DNA of 64,000 bases from Balanoglossus misakiensis. Its lineage: Eukaryota > Animalia > Hemichordata. Positions within the stretch are counted from its first letter, which is position 1. Every line of letters starts with the position of its first letter. The stretch lies in the NCBI GenBank assembly GCA_040954595.2, contig CM082596.2, forward strand, positions 6,894,791 through 6,958,790, written 5' to 3'. The translations under genes and the position numbers were made by a program. Positions 29,013 to 40,714 of the stretch are shown piece by piece. The notes under the pieces are model-generated. The model did no database searches. It had not been told where the DNA came from and worked only from the letters and a program-made list of their open reading frames with translations.

Positions 29013-32000
29013 ATGTTTCTGATTGCACTAGCGCTCTTGTTCTGCTTGCCCTTTCAGAGGTGAGACGATTTCTGTTCGTTGGCTCGAATTAGTCGCCTCG
29101 TTTACTCGCTTTCATCTCTTCTCGTCCCTTTTTGATGATGGAAATAACATCTGTCGATCACATGACCTGTCTCAAACGCTCTGACAGCGGTCGCTCACTT
29201 ATTTTAACCCGCTCTCTCTCTCTCACCGCACCCCTTGTATTTCTTTCAGAGGGTACAGCAACGAGCTGTTCAGCACCACCACCAAGCCGAGGTACGCCCC
29301 GCTGGACGCCAACACGGTGTGCGGCATGGTACCTGGGCTGAGCAGGAAGCAACACCGAATCTGTATGCAGAAGCCCGGCCTGGTCGCCAGCGCCATACAG
29401 GGCATGATGTTGGCCGTCCACGAGTGCCAGCACCAGATGCGTAGCCGCAGGTGGGACTGTTCGGACCTGGAGCAGAAGAGCAAGCACCCTTACGAAAGCC
29501 CAATAATGGCAAAAGGTAAAATATCACATTTTTTTCCCTCTCCTTCTAACACGACAACTACAAACTCCCGAAAAGGTAGTAGATCCGCGCCGCTGACCAA
29601 AAAAGCCAATTTTATCTTTACAAATAAGAGCGCCGAATTTTATTGCGTTAATGGGGTATTGAAATATTTCGTGATAAGCTCGCGAAGTGAGAATTAATAG
29701 AGCCTGAAATGTTTTCGCCTGATATCGTCTGCCTTGAGTGTAAAACTTAAACGTGTCTCAGAATATCGCAAGCTCGAGAGAGCGTGCCTTAATTCTCGCA
29801 ACGATTTCATTTTTTTCGACGGGAGATAATGTCGCGTCTGAAATCAGTGATATATATAGGAAGGTTTAAGACATGATGTAACACGCATTTTTTCGTAACG
29901 TAGCTAATTCTACAAGAATCTGAAATTGTTTTTTTTTTTTGACAAGAAGGCAGAAGTAGTCAGCGCCCTGGCCTGCTTAATGTGATATCAACACCAAAGA
30001 AAACGAAAAAAACGAAAACTCGCTAAATCAAATTACACGTTGTTTATCTCTGTATCCGAGACAGTACACCTGTAGTGTAGGATCGGTAGAATACGTGGAA
30101 ATGCATAAATTGCATATCGTTTATTTGGCAAATCTTCTTTTTTTGGTTAAAATATATGAAACGGGGCAAAGTACACCGATTCATCAATTAACTCTCGCCC
30201 TTTCGAAACTGCAGGTCAACAATTTGCGAAGATTAACAAAAATTGTCCCCAGACCGTACGCCGGTTTCTTTCGGCACCCATTGAAGCCGACGCGGTTATC
30301 TCGGAGTCTAGTTTTACGATAGCACTCAGAAAATACGCCGACAATTTTAGCGAAATGTTGCACGCTTCCGTTTGTCGTTCCGCGGAGTTCAAAGTTGACG
30401 TCACAAAGAAACGTTCGCAATAAACGCCGTACATAAAATTCAAGCAAAGGTTAGTGGTTCGCTCGACGGCCTTCTATTTGCGCGACTCTCAGAACCCCAA
30501 CACCGACAATCTCTCGGTGAACTTAATACAGTCGAGCACTTTTCTTTTTATCTGTCATTTTGGACAGTCGACAGGCATCTCTCATGGTCTACAATGCGAC
30601 CATTGTAGAGAACACGTTAAAGAAAACCTCATTATAGTTACCATAGCAATATCTAAACGTACCTGTCTTGGAAAATGTCTTGAGATCGATACTAGTACTT
30701 CCTGTGGCGAATATTCAACAAACGACTTCTGGTTTCCCAAAGACACCAACTCTAAAATACAATGCATAATGTATGATTATGATTATCATATTCATATATT
30801 TTTACGTGGATCACAAAAGTGGGTATTATGCCCATTTCGTCAAAGAGAAAAAAATATCTATATTTACGAAATAAAATATAAAGCATGCAACTTTCATGAA
30901 AATAATTACGCCACTTCCAGACTGCAAACGACGTGCATGCGCATTGGGTCACAGTTGCCGTCACTGTGTAAAAGCAGTCATTTGATTGGCAGACTGGAAA
31001 TGCTACTATGACTTTTTACGACTCCTTTACGATCGAGACCTTGGGGCAGAGGGAGAGGGAAGGATCCATAGCTCACAACAACAACCGTGGCTCCCAAGGT
31101 CACCCCGACTGTAAACATATACTTCATCAGCGCTGCTAATACGTCACTTGCGGTTGGGGCTACCGGAGATAGCAAACGCATGTTATGTGATATTTCGCTC
31201 CGAGATGCACCTTCCAACGCGACCTCTACTACGACAACATGTCCCACCCTATCCTCAAGGTCCGACGAGGACACTTCGCCGATGTACCGTGCACACCAAA
31301 AACACACCCGCTTTCCGTGAATTATTTCTTCCACGTAAGGTTGTGTCACGCGCTCGTTGTTATGATAAATTGCTGTTTACATAATTACAAAATTGAACAA
31401 CGTTAACCTTTTGGTTGCGAGAAATTTCGAAAGAACACGTCCACACTGAGAAAGCCTAGGGGTGTATTTCTCATAATATTAAGTTATTTTTTGACAAAGC
31501 AAAAACGCGGTGACGGCGCTTTTGGCCGGACTTGGGTACACTCAAATGTTATGAAAACCGTCATAATCCCAAGTGTTTTCGTTTCACGGCAGTACCCTTC
31601 AATGATGCGGTTAGAACATTTTAAACTTCTAAGAAAAGTAGTGAGAACCTATGGTCCAAAAGAGCAATGAATTAACTGAAGTCAGGTTTCAGATTTCAGA
31701 TTTAAAAAAAGAAATAGGCAGCCCGTGTGCCGTGATAGTGACACAAATATAGACGGAAATTAAAATTTTGTTTTCTAAACGGTTCGTGATGTGACATCTA
31801 TTTTTCCCCACGATGAACTTCAATTATGTCATAAATGCAGCATTTATCACCGGTGGCAATACCGCAGATCAAAACAAGTTGTTTGTACTTGTTTTAGCCG
31901 TTTTCTCAGTCAGACAACACGACCGGAGCCAAAACATTTGTCCTGGGCGGAACACGCTGGCAGAGATTGTGCGTATGTGTGTGATGATGGCTGGTCGTCT

Positions 32001-33941
32001 GGGAAGGCAGTGCAAATTTGCCGTCAACTCGACGGCAAATGGCGGCGTTATTTACTAAATATCAGTCGAAATAATCCAGAAGGAAGTTAGAAAAGAATTC
32101 TCTATCCCGTTGAAACGAGGGAAGGCGGAAAACTCCGAGAAAACAGACCAGCAATTCCTGACAGTGGTGATAGTTTATTGCGTTAACATTTGATCCCACT
32201 AGGTCAAAGTTTAAGTGATCAAATTGGCCTTTAGTTGATTCAGCTACCGAGAGACAGACATGTTAAAGCCATCTGCACTTTTTGCTGCTGACCACGACAC
32301 GGAATGCTGACAGCAGCCTCGCCTAGTAGAAAGTCCGTTGATTGATGGTAAACCTGGGCAAAAACAGATATGTTCGCAATCCATGTAGCAAAGATGGTCT
32401 TTAACCAAGCTTGTAGAATTTAACCTACAGGCATTTTCACTCCAACATTGGATGTTAAACACCAATGAAAGCGTTAGGAAAATCCACTCATAACTGGATT
32501 AACGAGTCCACCAAAATTTGGAATTCAACGGGGTTTGATTTGACTTGGGGGAGGCCCCCATAAACCACCGTGACCACATTCAAAGCCAGACACCCCAATA
32601 CCAAAATGACAAAAAAGCAAAGACCATGAAAACAGTTATAACGACGGCCAGAACAAAATTCAATTTCACAGCGAAAACTTCTCGCGCGCATAACAATAAA
32701 TGGGTCCAGTCGAGCGTTTCGTGGTTAATGGTGCGTTTAATCTAATATTGCGTTTGTGTTTTCAATCATTGGCCGAATCGTTTTCTTCAAAAATAAAGCA
32801 AAACTTTGATTCTAATTAATACCGCCACAACCACATCATTATCACCACCACCACCAACAACAACAACAACAAAATTACCAAACATTTTAAGTTCCTGGCA
32901 GCCCATCACCATCAGAAACACCTCATAATTAGGTTTTATTGACGGACGTATAGCAAACATACTCAACGGTTTTTCTTTTTTACATCTCCAATTGCAGGAT
33001 ACCGGGAGACGGCATTCGCATACGCCATCGCATCAGCGGGCGTTGCCTATCAGGTGACGCGGTCCTGTGCCGAGGGGAGACACCCGCAGGAGTGCGGCTG
33101 TGACCACACACCGAGAACAGCGCCTCCACAGGCCGACTGGCAATGGGGCGGCTGCAGCCACAATGTCGCGTTCGGCGAGTCGTTTTCCGGTAACTTCTTG
33201 GACATCAGAGAAAACGGTCGCTCAGATATACATTCGAGAATGTACTTGAAGAACAACGAGGCTGGCAGAGTGGTAAGTGAAAAAATTGTGATACATGAAA
33301 CAATATCAATTTCCACAGTTTAAAAGGACATCAGCTGTAACTTTTGGCTTTATTTCCAATATTTTTTTCTGTGCATCAAATGCAATTTCTTTCTCTACTC
33401 CAAACAACATACTAGATACCCAGTATTCCGAATATTTGACCGCCAGCTGATTCCCCTTTGCTTTTTTTTTATTTTTTAGGTCGTCTCCGAATCGATGACC
33501 AAAAAGTGCAAGTGCCACGGCCCGTCGGGGAGTTGTCAGATCAAAACGTGCTGGATGGAGACGGCGCAGTTTTGCGACATCGGCAACACGGTCAAGGGCA
33601 AATTCGACGACGCCGTCAAGGTGTCCCTGGACAACGGGCGCGGCAGGACGTGGTTCAGCACGCGGGAGAACCGGGAGCTGCAGCCGACCGACCTGGTCTA
33701 CTTCGAGCGCTCGCCGGACTTCTGCGACCCCGACCCCCAGCTGGGCACCCCCGGCACGAGCGGGCGCGCCTGCAACAAGACCAGCACCGACATGGACAAC
33801 TGCAACAGCATGTGCTGCGGGCGGGGCTACAACATGTACCTCGACCAGAGGGTGGAGAAATGCAACTGTACTTTCCATTGGTGCTGTTACGTCACGTGCG
33901 ACAACTGCCCCGTGTCGGAGTGGGTGAACGTCTGCAAATAG
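29013..33941 (+). CDS. WNT10: Wnt10 secreted ligand, 4 coding exons (29013-29059, 29250-29515, 32998-33272, 33480-33941), 349 aa
   Basis: GT-AG introns with phases 2,1,0; 47+266+275+462=1050 nt. Signal peptide MFLIALALLFCLPFQRGYS, then LDANTVCGMVPGLSRKQ...ASAIQGMMLAVHECQHQ...PYESPIMAKGYRETAFAYAIASAG (matches Wnt10-type NANTVC, ASAIQG and PYESP), WQWGGCSHN, CKCHGPSGSCQIKTCW, DLVYFERSPDFC and CCGRGYN...CNCTFHWCCYVTC. An in-frame TAA at 28947 makes 29013 the first ATG. Confidence 0.92.
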
Positions 33942-34758
33942 GGTGTCTCTCTATGTGTGCTGGGCGAGACTCACTTTCAAAGGCAAATACAATGCATGTA
34001 AAAGGCGTCCGATCCCAAAACACCTCATACAGAACGCGGGCGATTTTAGGGTGCGGTCATTTACAAGACGAAGGCAGATCAGACTGTAGCGTGAGGAATC
34101 AACTAGAACCTGCTGATAGACGACTGCAATATGCTGAGCGTCACCATGGTGACAACTACGAGGAGCGCATCGCCAAAGCGTCGGAATTTCTCTCGGTGAA
34201 AACTAGTCAAACGGGAACGTCCTATGCCAGAAACGATTCAATCGATCAGTGCGACCTCAGACAGCGACTTCCTGAGACGGGACCAAGCATATAGGTTGAA
34301 TACAGATAAAATGCACTTGAAGACAACGCGGCGAAATGACTTCACAGACCCATCGTCAGTAAAGCTTTGGCGCCACCAACGATATCATGAATTGGAATGT
34401 GACGAAATGTTGCATTTCTCACACGGCGAACAAGAGTCTCAATGGACGCTCGTTTAGTTGGAAAAGAATGGCAGTAGACGTAACCAAACATGCGCTGACC
34501 AATCTGCCAATATGCGTGCATGATAAAGAACTGTACACAATATAAATGAAAACTGCCAATTTTATTTTCCTGTACTGGAAACTAGAAAAATTATATTTCT
34601 GGGTGGTTCTTCATATTTAAGTGCCAGGCACCTCTACCATTTCTTATGTAAGATTTCATCCCAGTTCCCCGTCATTTTTAATCGTATCATATTTTCGCTG
34701 AATATTTACAACACCGTTAATTATCAACATTCAATGAAGCCTATTTATTGAAGAGAAA

Positions 34759-34764
34759 AATAAA
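34759..34764 (+). terminator. Candidate Wnt10 polyadenylation signal AATAAA
   Basis: AATAAA about 820 nt after the stop codon, preceded by AU-rich sequence (TATTTATT). No transcript support. Confidence 0.4.
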
Positions 34765-34839
34765 CTTTGAAAAAGCTTTCACATTTTAGTAAACGTGTCG
34801 TTTCTGCATTGCTGTATGGATGGTCCATTGTGCAATTCT

Positions 34840-36305
34840 GGGCAAAGCTGTATTAACCGCCATCTTGAAAAACGCATTGCATTGTGGGACGACTGGGGGG
34901 GAGTACCTGAAGACCCATAGCATTGTAATGTAGACATCTACCGAGACACTCTATTCCTCCAAACGTTTTTTTCCGACAAACTCTCAGATTTCCGTTCTAA
35001 TAGCCGTCTTCTGTTCTGAAAAGTATTATTATTATCGTCGAGCCGTTCCAGAAGATTTTTGAGGATCCAACAATAGCGGGTGTTGCCATTATTCATTGGT
35101 ATTAAGTGCTGTTGCTATGTGTTTGACAAATTCGTTTCTGAATACGTTCAAGTAGAATTTTCGTGACACAATTACAATAACTGTAAAATAACTAAAAATA
35201 ACAAACTTTCCATAAAGTATGACCAGAAGCTGATGCTGATTACTTGGCTCGGATAACAGATGAACATGCCACGCCCCCTTTTCAAAAAAACTGTCCAAAC
35301 CGCTCTGAAACATGCACAAAAATGAAAAGAATTTTTTGCATTAACTTTTGATTAGCAAGAAGTTTCTCTTTCAAATCTGTTTTTTTTTGGTTATGTAAAC
35401 CAGTAAGTGAATGTGGAGATGGAAGAAAAAAAGCGTTAACGGCTTCATTATAATGCAAGCCAAGCTGTGAAAATAGTAAGGCCAGCCATGAAAGCGTCCT
35501 TTCAAGCTTTTCGTGACACCGACGTAGAAGGGTATGGAAAACTAGAATTTCAACACATAATGGAGATCATTGCAATCGTTTTTTGGTCTAATTTGTTTTA
35601 TTTTCGTCTAATAAGACTTAGTGAAATTAGTCTTTGAAAGGACGCTTTCATGGCTGGCCTTAATTTTCACCGTGACAGCTTGGCTTGCATTATAATGAAG
35701 CCGTTCACGCTTTTTTTCTTCCATCTCCACATTCACTTACTGGTTTACAAAACAAAACAAAAACAGATTTGAAAGAGAAACTTCTTGCTAATCAAAATTT
35801 AATGCAAAAAATTCTTTTCATTTTTGTGCATGTTTCAGAGCGGTTTGGACAGTTTTTTTGAAAAGGAGGCGTGGCATGTTCATCTGTAATCTGAGCCAAG
35901 TAATCAGCATCAGCTTCTGGTCATACTTTATGGAAAGTTTGTTATTTTTAGTTATTTTACAGTTATTGTAATTGTGTCACGAAAATTCTACTTGAACGTA
36001 TTCAGAAACGAATTTGTCAAACACATAGCAACAGCACTTAATACCAATGAATAATGGCAACACCCGCTATTGTTGGATCCTCAAAAATCTTCTGGAACGG
36101 CTCGACGATAATAATAATACTTTTCAGAACACAAGACGGCTATTAGAACTGAAATCTGAGAGTTTGTCGGAAAAAAAAACGTTTGGAGGAATAGAGTGTC
36201 TCGGTAGATGTCTACATTACAATGCTATGGGTCTTCAGGTACTCCCCCCCAGTCGTCCCACAATGCAATGCGGTTTTCAAGATGGCGGTTAATACAGTTT
36301 TGCCC
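34840..36305. repeat. Long inverted repeat / foldback element: arms 34840-35505 and 35634-36305, ~128-bp spacer
   Basis: The left end GGGCAAAGCTGTATTAACCGCCATCTTGAAAA is the reverse complement of the right end TTTTCAAGATGGCGGTTAATACAGTTTTGCCC (1 mismatch). Pairing continues inward to AAAGCGTCCTTTCAA / TTGAAAGGACGCTTT with only scattered SNPs and small indels. Confidence 0.95.
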
Positions 36306-37873
36306 TATACCAGCGCATCGAAGACGACATTTCCTGATTATCCGCCGGTGACTGACTGACTAGCATAAGAACAGGTGTCTCAGAAACTATCCAAACGCAA
36401 TGGCATTCTGATTCACAGAGTACCGTGACCAACTTCAAGTAAAACATTAAATTGCGTGTTATATTAGTATGGAATACCCATGTTAATAAATTATTTTCAC
36501 AACGTGCGTTATAGAATCGAGAAACACCAACATGGCCTGTCGTCGTGGTACATTCTCATTTAGATGCAGGAACCGGCGTTGGTGGCGTTGATTACGCGGC
36601 GGTGACGTCATTTCTCAGGTAAACTGTTACCGCTTTGCACCACCGATTGTACAATAGGAAGGCATGGCTGTTTTTTCACGTATCAAAGTGGTTCATTTTG
36701 ATGAGGCACGAGCATTACTCGCGGCGAATTAACCTCAAAAACCGCCGGGAAGAAACATTGCGTCATTGGTAACGTCAGACCACACTGTAGACATAGGCCA
36801 ACAACTGCATTTGTCTGGCGTCGGCCGGAAGCTGACTTACCGACACTGGGGCCCCGGCACTGGGAGAAGTTCAAGTTTGTCAACCGTACAACCTTATTCG
36901 TAAAGAAGATGAAACACCAAGATAATTTTGCTACGATTGTCTAGGTAATGTCTATTTTGTCGTGGGTTTGAGAATCTTAGACCTTTTTGAAATTGTGACC
37001 GGTAATCAATGGGCTTGCATGCCCGTGCATTCTGCCTGCACAACGAATGGACGCGCACCCACGTCCGAACCAGTTCAAAGTACAAGGCGGTATGAAAATC
37101 AGACCAAAAAGTGTGTTTTGAACTCTGACCTCTGACATCAATTTCCCGGTTTGGTGGCGGTGTGTCATTAATTCTCAACAATGTCGGCGCAAGTGATATT
37201 CTGCAGTGCTATTTGTCAAACCCGTCGTTGGTGGCGACATTAATAATCCCCTCATCAGAGAACATTGTTCGTTCCAGCGTGCGTCACAGCTGCAGCTCAA
37301 CCTTTGATTTGCATTCTAAGGTTTGAGCCAACAGGTGCGAACACGTGTGACGATGTACGCGCGTTTTTAATATATATGCAAATTTACTGACTTTGCTGTC
37401 AACAAGCGCGTTGAATTAATTAGGTCTCCATTTGAACAGCACATCGTGAATTAAACTTCTCAGGTATTTCGCGTGCGGCACTGAGTCTTGAGTATTTTTT
37501 TCGGGAGGAAAAATAGTAAAAAAAAAAACAATTAAAATTGGCCGTATACGAGAGAAATTTTGATGGCCAAAATTCAATTCCTTGATAGCTTTTTCTCAGC
37601 TTTTTCTCTCGTGTGCGGCAGCCTTCAGTGCAGAACTTGAAAATTGTTACAAACGCACCCTAGCATACTGCTGTCCGATCGCACACATGGGGAAATTGTT
37701 TACTTCCCAGTTAACCAGGAAAACGTTAAAATTTGTTTGGTGGTGCTTTTGGTGTGATAGTGCGCGGATAGTTAGTTCGACTAGTGTCGTCTTCACGAAA
37801 TTCATGTTATGCATTTTTGTTCAACAGTTTTGCGACCGACCGTTCGTGCGTGTGTGCGTGCGTGCAGCCGGGA

Positions 37874-38848
37874 ATGGGCCAAGGGAAATGTGGCCTACCT
37901 TGTCGTCGCCTGAGCGTACTTCTTGTGCTGTTCTCCACAGTGAACCTCCTGATTGCCCCCTGCATAGTCATCGTGATTATCACAACCCCCAAGGGACTGC
38001 CTCTGCGAAGTGTGCCCGACCACAGTTGGCGCAACGTCGTCGGGTACGCGACAGGCGGGGCCGAGTGGGTGGAGGGGACGTTGCGACCCCACCGCCGGCC
38101 GGTCGTGCCGAACATCGCCCATTTCATCTGGTTCACTTGCCACGAGTTCAGGTTCGACCACCTGGTCTCCATTCTCAGCGCTTACAAAGTGATGAAGGCC
38201 GACAGAATTCTGTTCCACACCGACTGCGAGCCGAGCGGCGATCGGTGGTGGGCAGAGGCGAGGAGCATACCGGTACTCGAAGTGGTGCACCGCGAGCGAG
38301 ATACGCGGATCTTCAACCAGTCGTTGAACGTCGATCTCCCCGAGCATTCTGCCGACGTGGCGCGGCTGGAGATCTTACTTGAAACCGGCGGCGTCTATCT
38401 GGACACCGACGTGGTTGTGGTCAACCCCCTTGAGCCGCTGCGCCACTACGATTTCGTCATCGGTCAACCGGCCGCTTACATCTTCAACAATTGCATGATG
38501 GTGGCTGCCAAGAATTCGACCTTTTTGAGAATGTTCTACGAGAGCTACGAATCTTATGACGGCGATTGTTTTACATGCAACTCGGGGATACAGCCGTTTA
38601 GACTCGCCCGCCAGCACCCAGAACTGGTCCACGTTGAACACGAGCGCGTGGTCGAATGGAACCACAATCTGCTGTTCTTCGGCAAGTACAGGTGGTGGGA
38701 GAACCGGTATACCATTCATATGTGGATAAGAGCCTACTTTGAAATGTGGTCAGGTGAAAAATTCACAACAGATACAATACAAGACTTGGATACCTCGTAT
38801 GGCGAGATTGCTCGCTATATCTACTATGGAACAAAGGATTTGTCATGA
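37874..38848 (+). CDS. GT32-family (DXD sugar-binding) glycosyltransferase, A4GNT/A4GALT-like, copy 1, single coding exon, 324 aa
   Basis: Type II membrane anchor (LSVLLVLFSTVNLLIAPCIVIVII), VPNIAHFIWF, HSADVARLEILLETGGVYLDTDVVV (DxD) and C-terminal IHMW. ATG at 37874 follows an acceptor-like TGCAG. Confidence 0.85.
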   Translation: MGQGKCGLPCRRLSVLLVLFSTVNLLIAPCIVIVIITTPKGLPLRSVPDHSWRNVVGYATGGAEWVEGTLRPHRRPVVPNIAHFIWFTCHEFRFDHLVSILSAYKVMKADRILFHTDCEPSGDRWWAEARSIPVLEVVHRERDTRIFNQSLNVDLPEHSADVARLEILLETGGVYLDTDVVVVNPLEPLRHYDFVIGQPAAYIFNNCMMVAAKNSTFLRMFYESYESYDGDCFTCNSGIQPFRLARQHPELVHVEHERVVEWNHNLLFFGKYRWWENRYTIHMWIRAYFEMWSGEKFTTDTIQDLDTSYGEIARYIYYGTKDLS

Positions 38849-38876
38849 ACGAAGACAATCTTATTGAAATAAGTTG

Positions 38877-38988
38877 TAGAGTTAGGCGCTGATTCTTGGC
38901 TGCTCTGAAGGGGGCCTCCACCCTACGTTAGCCCGAGAACAGCCAAGACAGAGAACAGAATAGCCAAAAGTATCAACGCCTAACTCTA
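38877..38988. mobile_element. Small MITE-like inverted-repeat element with TA ends (second copy at 41724-41835)
   Basis: TAGAGTTAGGCGCTGATTCTTGGCTGCTCT ... AGAATAGCCAAAAGTATCAACGCCTAACTCTA form imperfect ~30-bp TIRs. It lies just after the GT stop codon. Confidence 0.6.
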
Positions 38989-40714
38989 TACTAGTATCAG
39001 ATTGGCACAAAAATCGAACGATATGTAATAAACCATGTGTAATCCCATGGGTTGCAGTACTAAATTTGGCTGGAAGGGTGGACCAGAAAAATTAACAGAG
39101 TAATGAATTGAAACAGAAATGTTACTCTAGGGGCGTAGTTGGTCCAAAATATTTGTGGGCTTCTTTTTGACGTCTTCTGGGGTGGATGACTGTTGTGCAC
39201 ATGCGCGAGCAGCCGATCCGTTGAATGGCCTTTCTGGCAAGGACCATTTTTATCGCTCCAGAAGAATGGACAAAAGTTCTTAAAAGAAGCACCTTCTCTA
39301 TCAGCTTTATCTCTAAACAAATTGATATGCTTGGTAAAAATTCGATGGAAAACAAGCCGCATAAACATCCAGTGTCAACAAGTCTAGAACTTATGCAAGA
39401 AATTTTATATCACTATCAGTTTTCGGTATTATGATTATCTTAATTCTTCATGCACTGTTAGTTGGTATGACCGTGGTAAACCAGGTCAATGACTGGTACG
39501 GTTGAGCGAGTCTGAACCGACAATTGGACAGTCAATGCCACCGGTAGGGGAATTACTCTACAAAGACTGACCCGGGAGCACAAAAGCCGAGGACGGCCTC
39601 ACATGACAAAAAAATGCATGTGAATTGTCCCCAGCCAGGGCCATGGAGTAAGCGCTGGCTTCGATCGAAGTTTGGTCTGCCCTAGCATTTTATATTGGAG
39701 ACTTGTATCCGGATGCCTACAAATGCTCAAAATAAATTGATTATAGGGTAAATAGAGCTCAGTATCGCATCGTGATTCACTGTAGACAATTTCACAATGC
39801 AGTGGGAATCATTGTTGGCCGGGTGGCTAAAACACATGGGGTGTACAAGAAAAAAAGTACACATTTACACGTCACATTGCGTAAGGTACTTGAACTTTGG
39901 TCATGTCCTATAGTGGACAACGAAATATTTCAGAATAATAACATGAGAATGGGACATATCCGTCCAGTTTTATGTTCTGTTTTTTTCTGGTAGTTAGCAT
40001 ATTTAGATAAATTTGCTCTCACTTAACATGGCGACTATATTTTTGTATTTCGCGTAGCCGTGTAATAAAGTGCAGCGTTTTTGACCGAGCTGTGTACTTG
40101 GCATTAACGGCATCTGCTGGATTTAATCCCGAGTGACATCTTATCGATGTGACGGTGTGCTTATTGCGGTCCTGTAATGGGTGCGGTCAATGACATTCGG
40201 AGGAATCAATATGACCACTACGGTTTCTGCTGACAACGAGATACATGTACTGAATTTAGTTCGAAGTCTGAATAACAGAAGATATTTTTAGGCTGGGCTT
40301 CAGAAAGAATGACGCTAAATGGACGGATTGTTATTGGCAACCGTCGTTTCCAAGCAGTCGGGGCGTGAGCTATGGTTTAGTACTGGGCAGACGTGTCCAG
40401 CCATCTCCAATATCTAATACAGTTATCCCAAACGCACACAGCGACGCCGACGCGAAACATTGCCGTTCTTTGTCCATGGCGCGACGTTCCGGCCAGAAAT
40501 GAGCGAATACATTATACTGAAGTCTATACTGGAACAGTTTTGTGCTTCATGAAGGATAGAAGACTGATAGAAACCAATGGACTAGATTCTCGCATACAAT
40601 ATCCCGTGTTATGTATGGTGACATGCCGTCTTGTGTTTAAATATGGTGTACTGCCAAATTATCCATTTAAAATAATAATAATTATTGTATAATGACACGT
40701 GCAGTGGGTCGGCT

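Noticed and set aside
30454-31011. 185-aa ORF in Wnt10 intron 2
   Set aside because: Non-ATG start, AT-rich, no domain or codon bias.
33458-34294. 278-aa alternative-frame ORF running past the Wnt10 stop
   Set aside because: TTG start inside the intron, out of frame with the spliced CDS, and low-complexity composition.
35089-36292. ORFs inside the palindrome considered as a transposase
   Set aside because: Short, no DDE or HTH motifs, and mirrored on both arms.
37784-37873. N-terminal extensions of GT ORFs given in the track (also 40685, 43532) and of CYP ORFs (47834, 52317)
   Set aside because: They start at GTG/TTG in intronic or UTR sequence; true ATGs or splice acceptors lie downstream.
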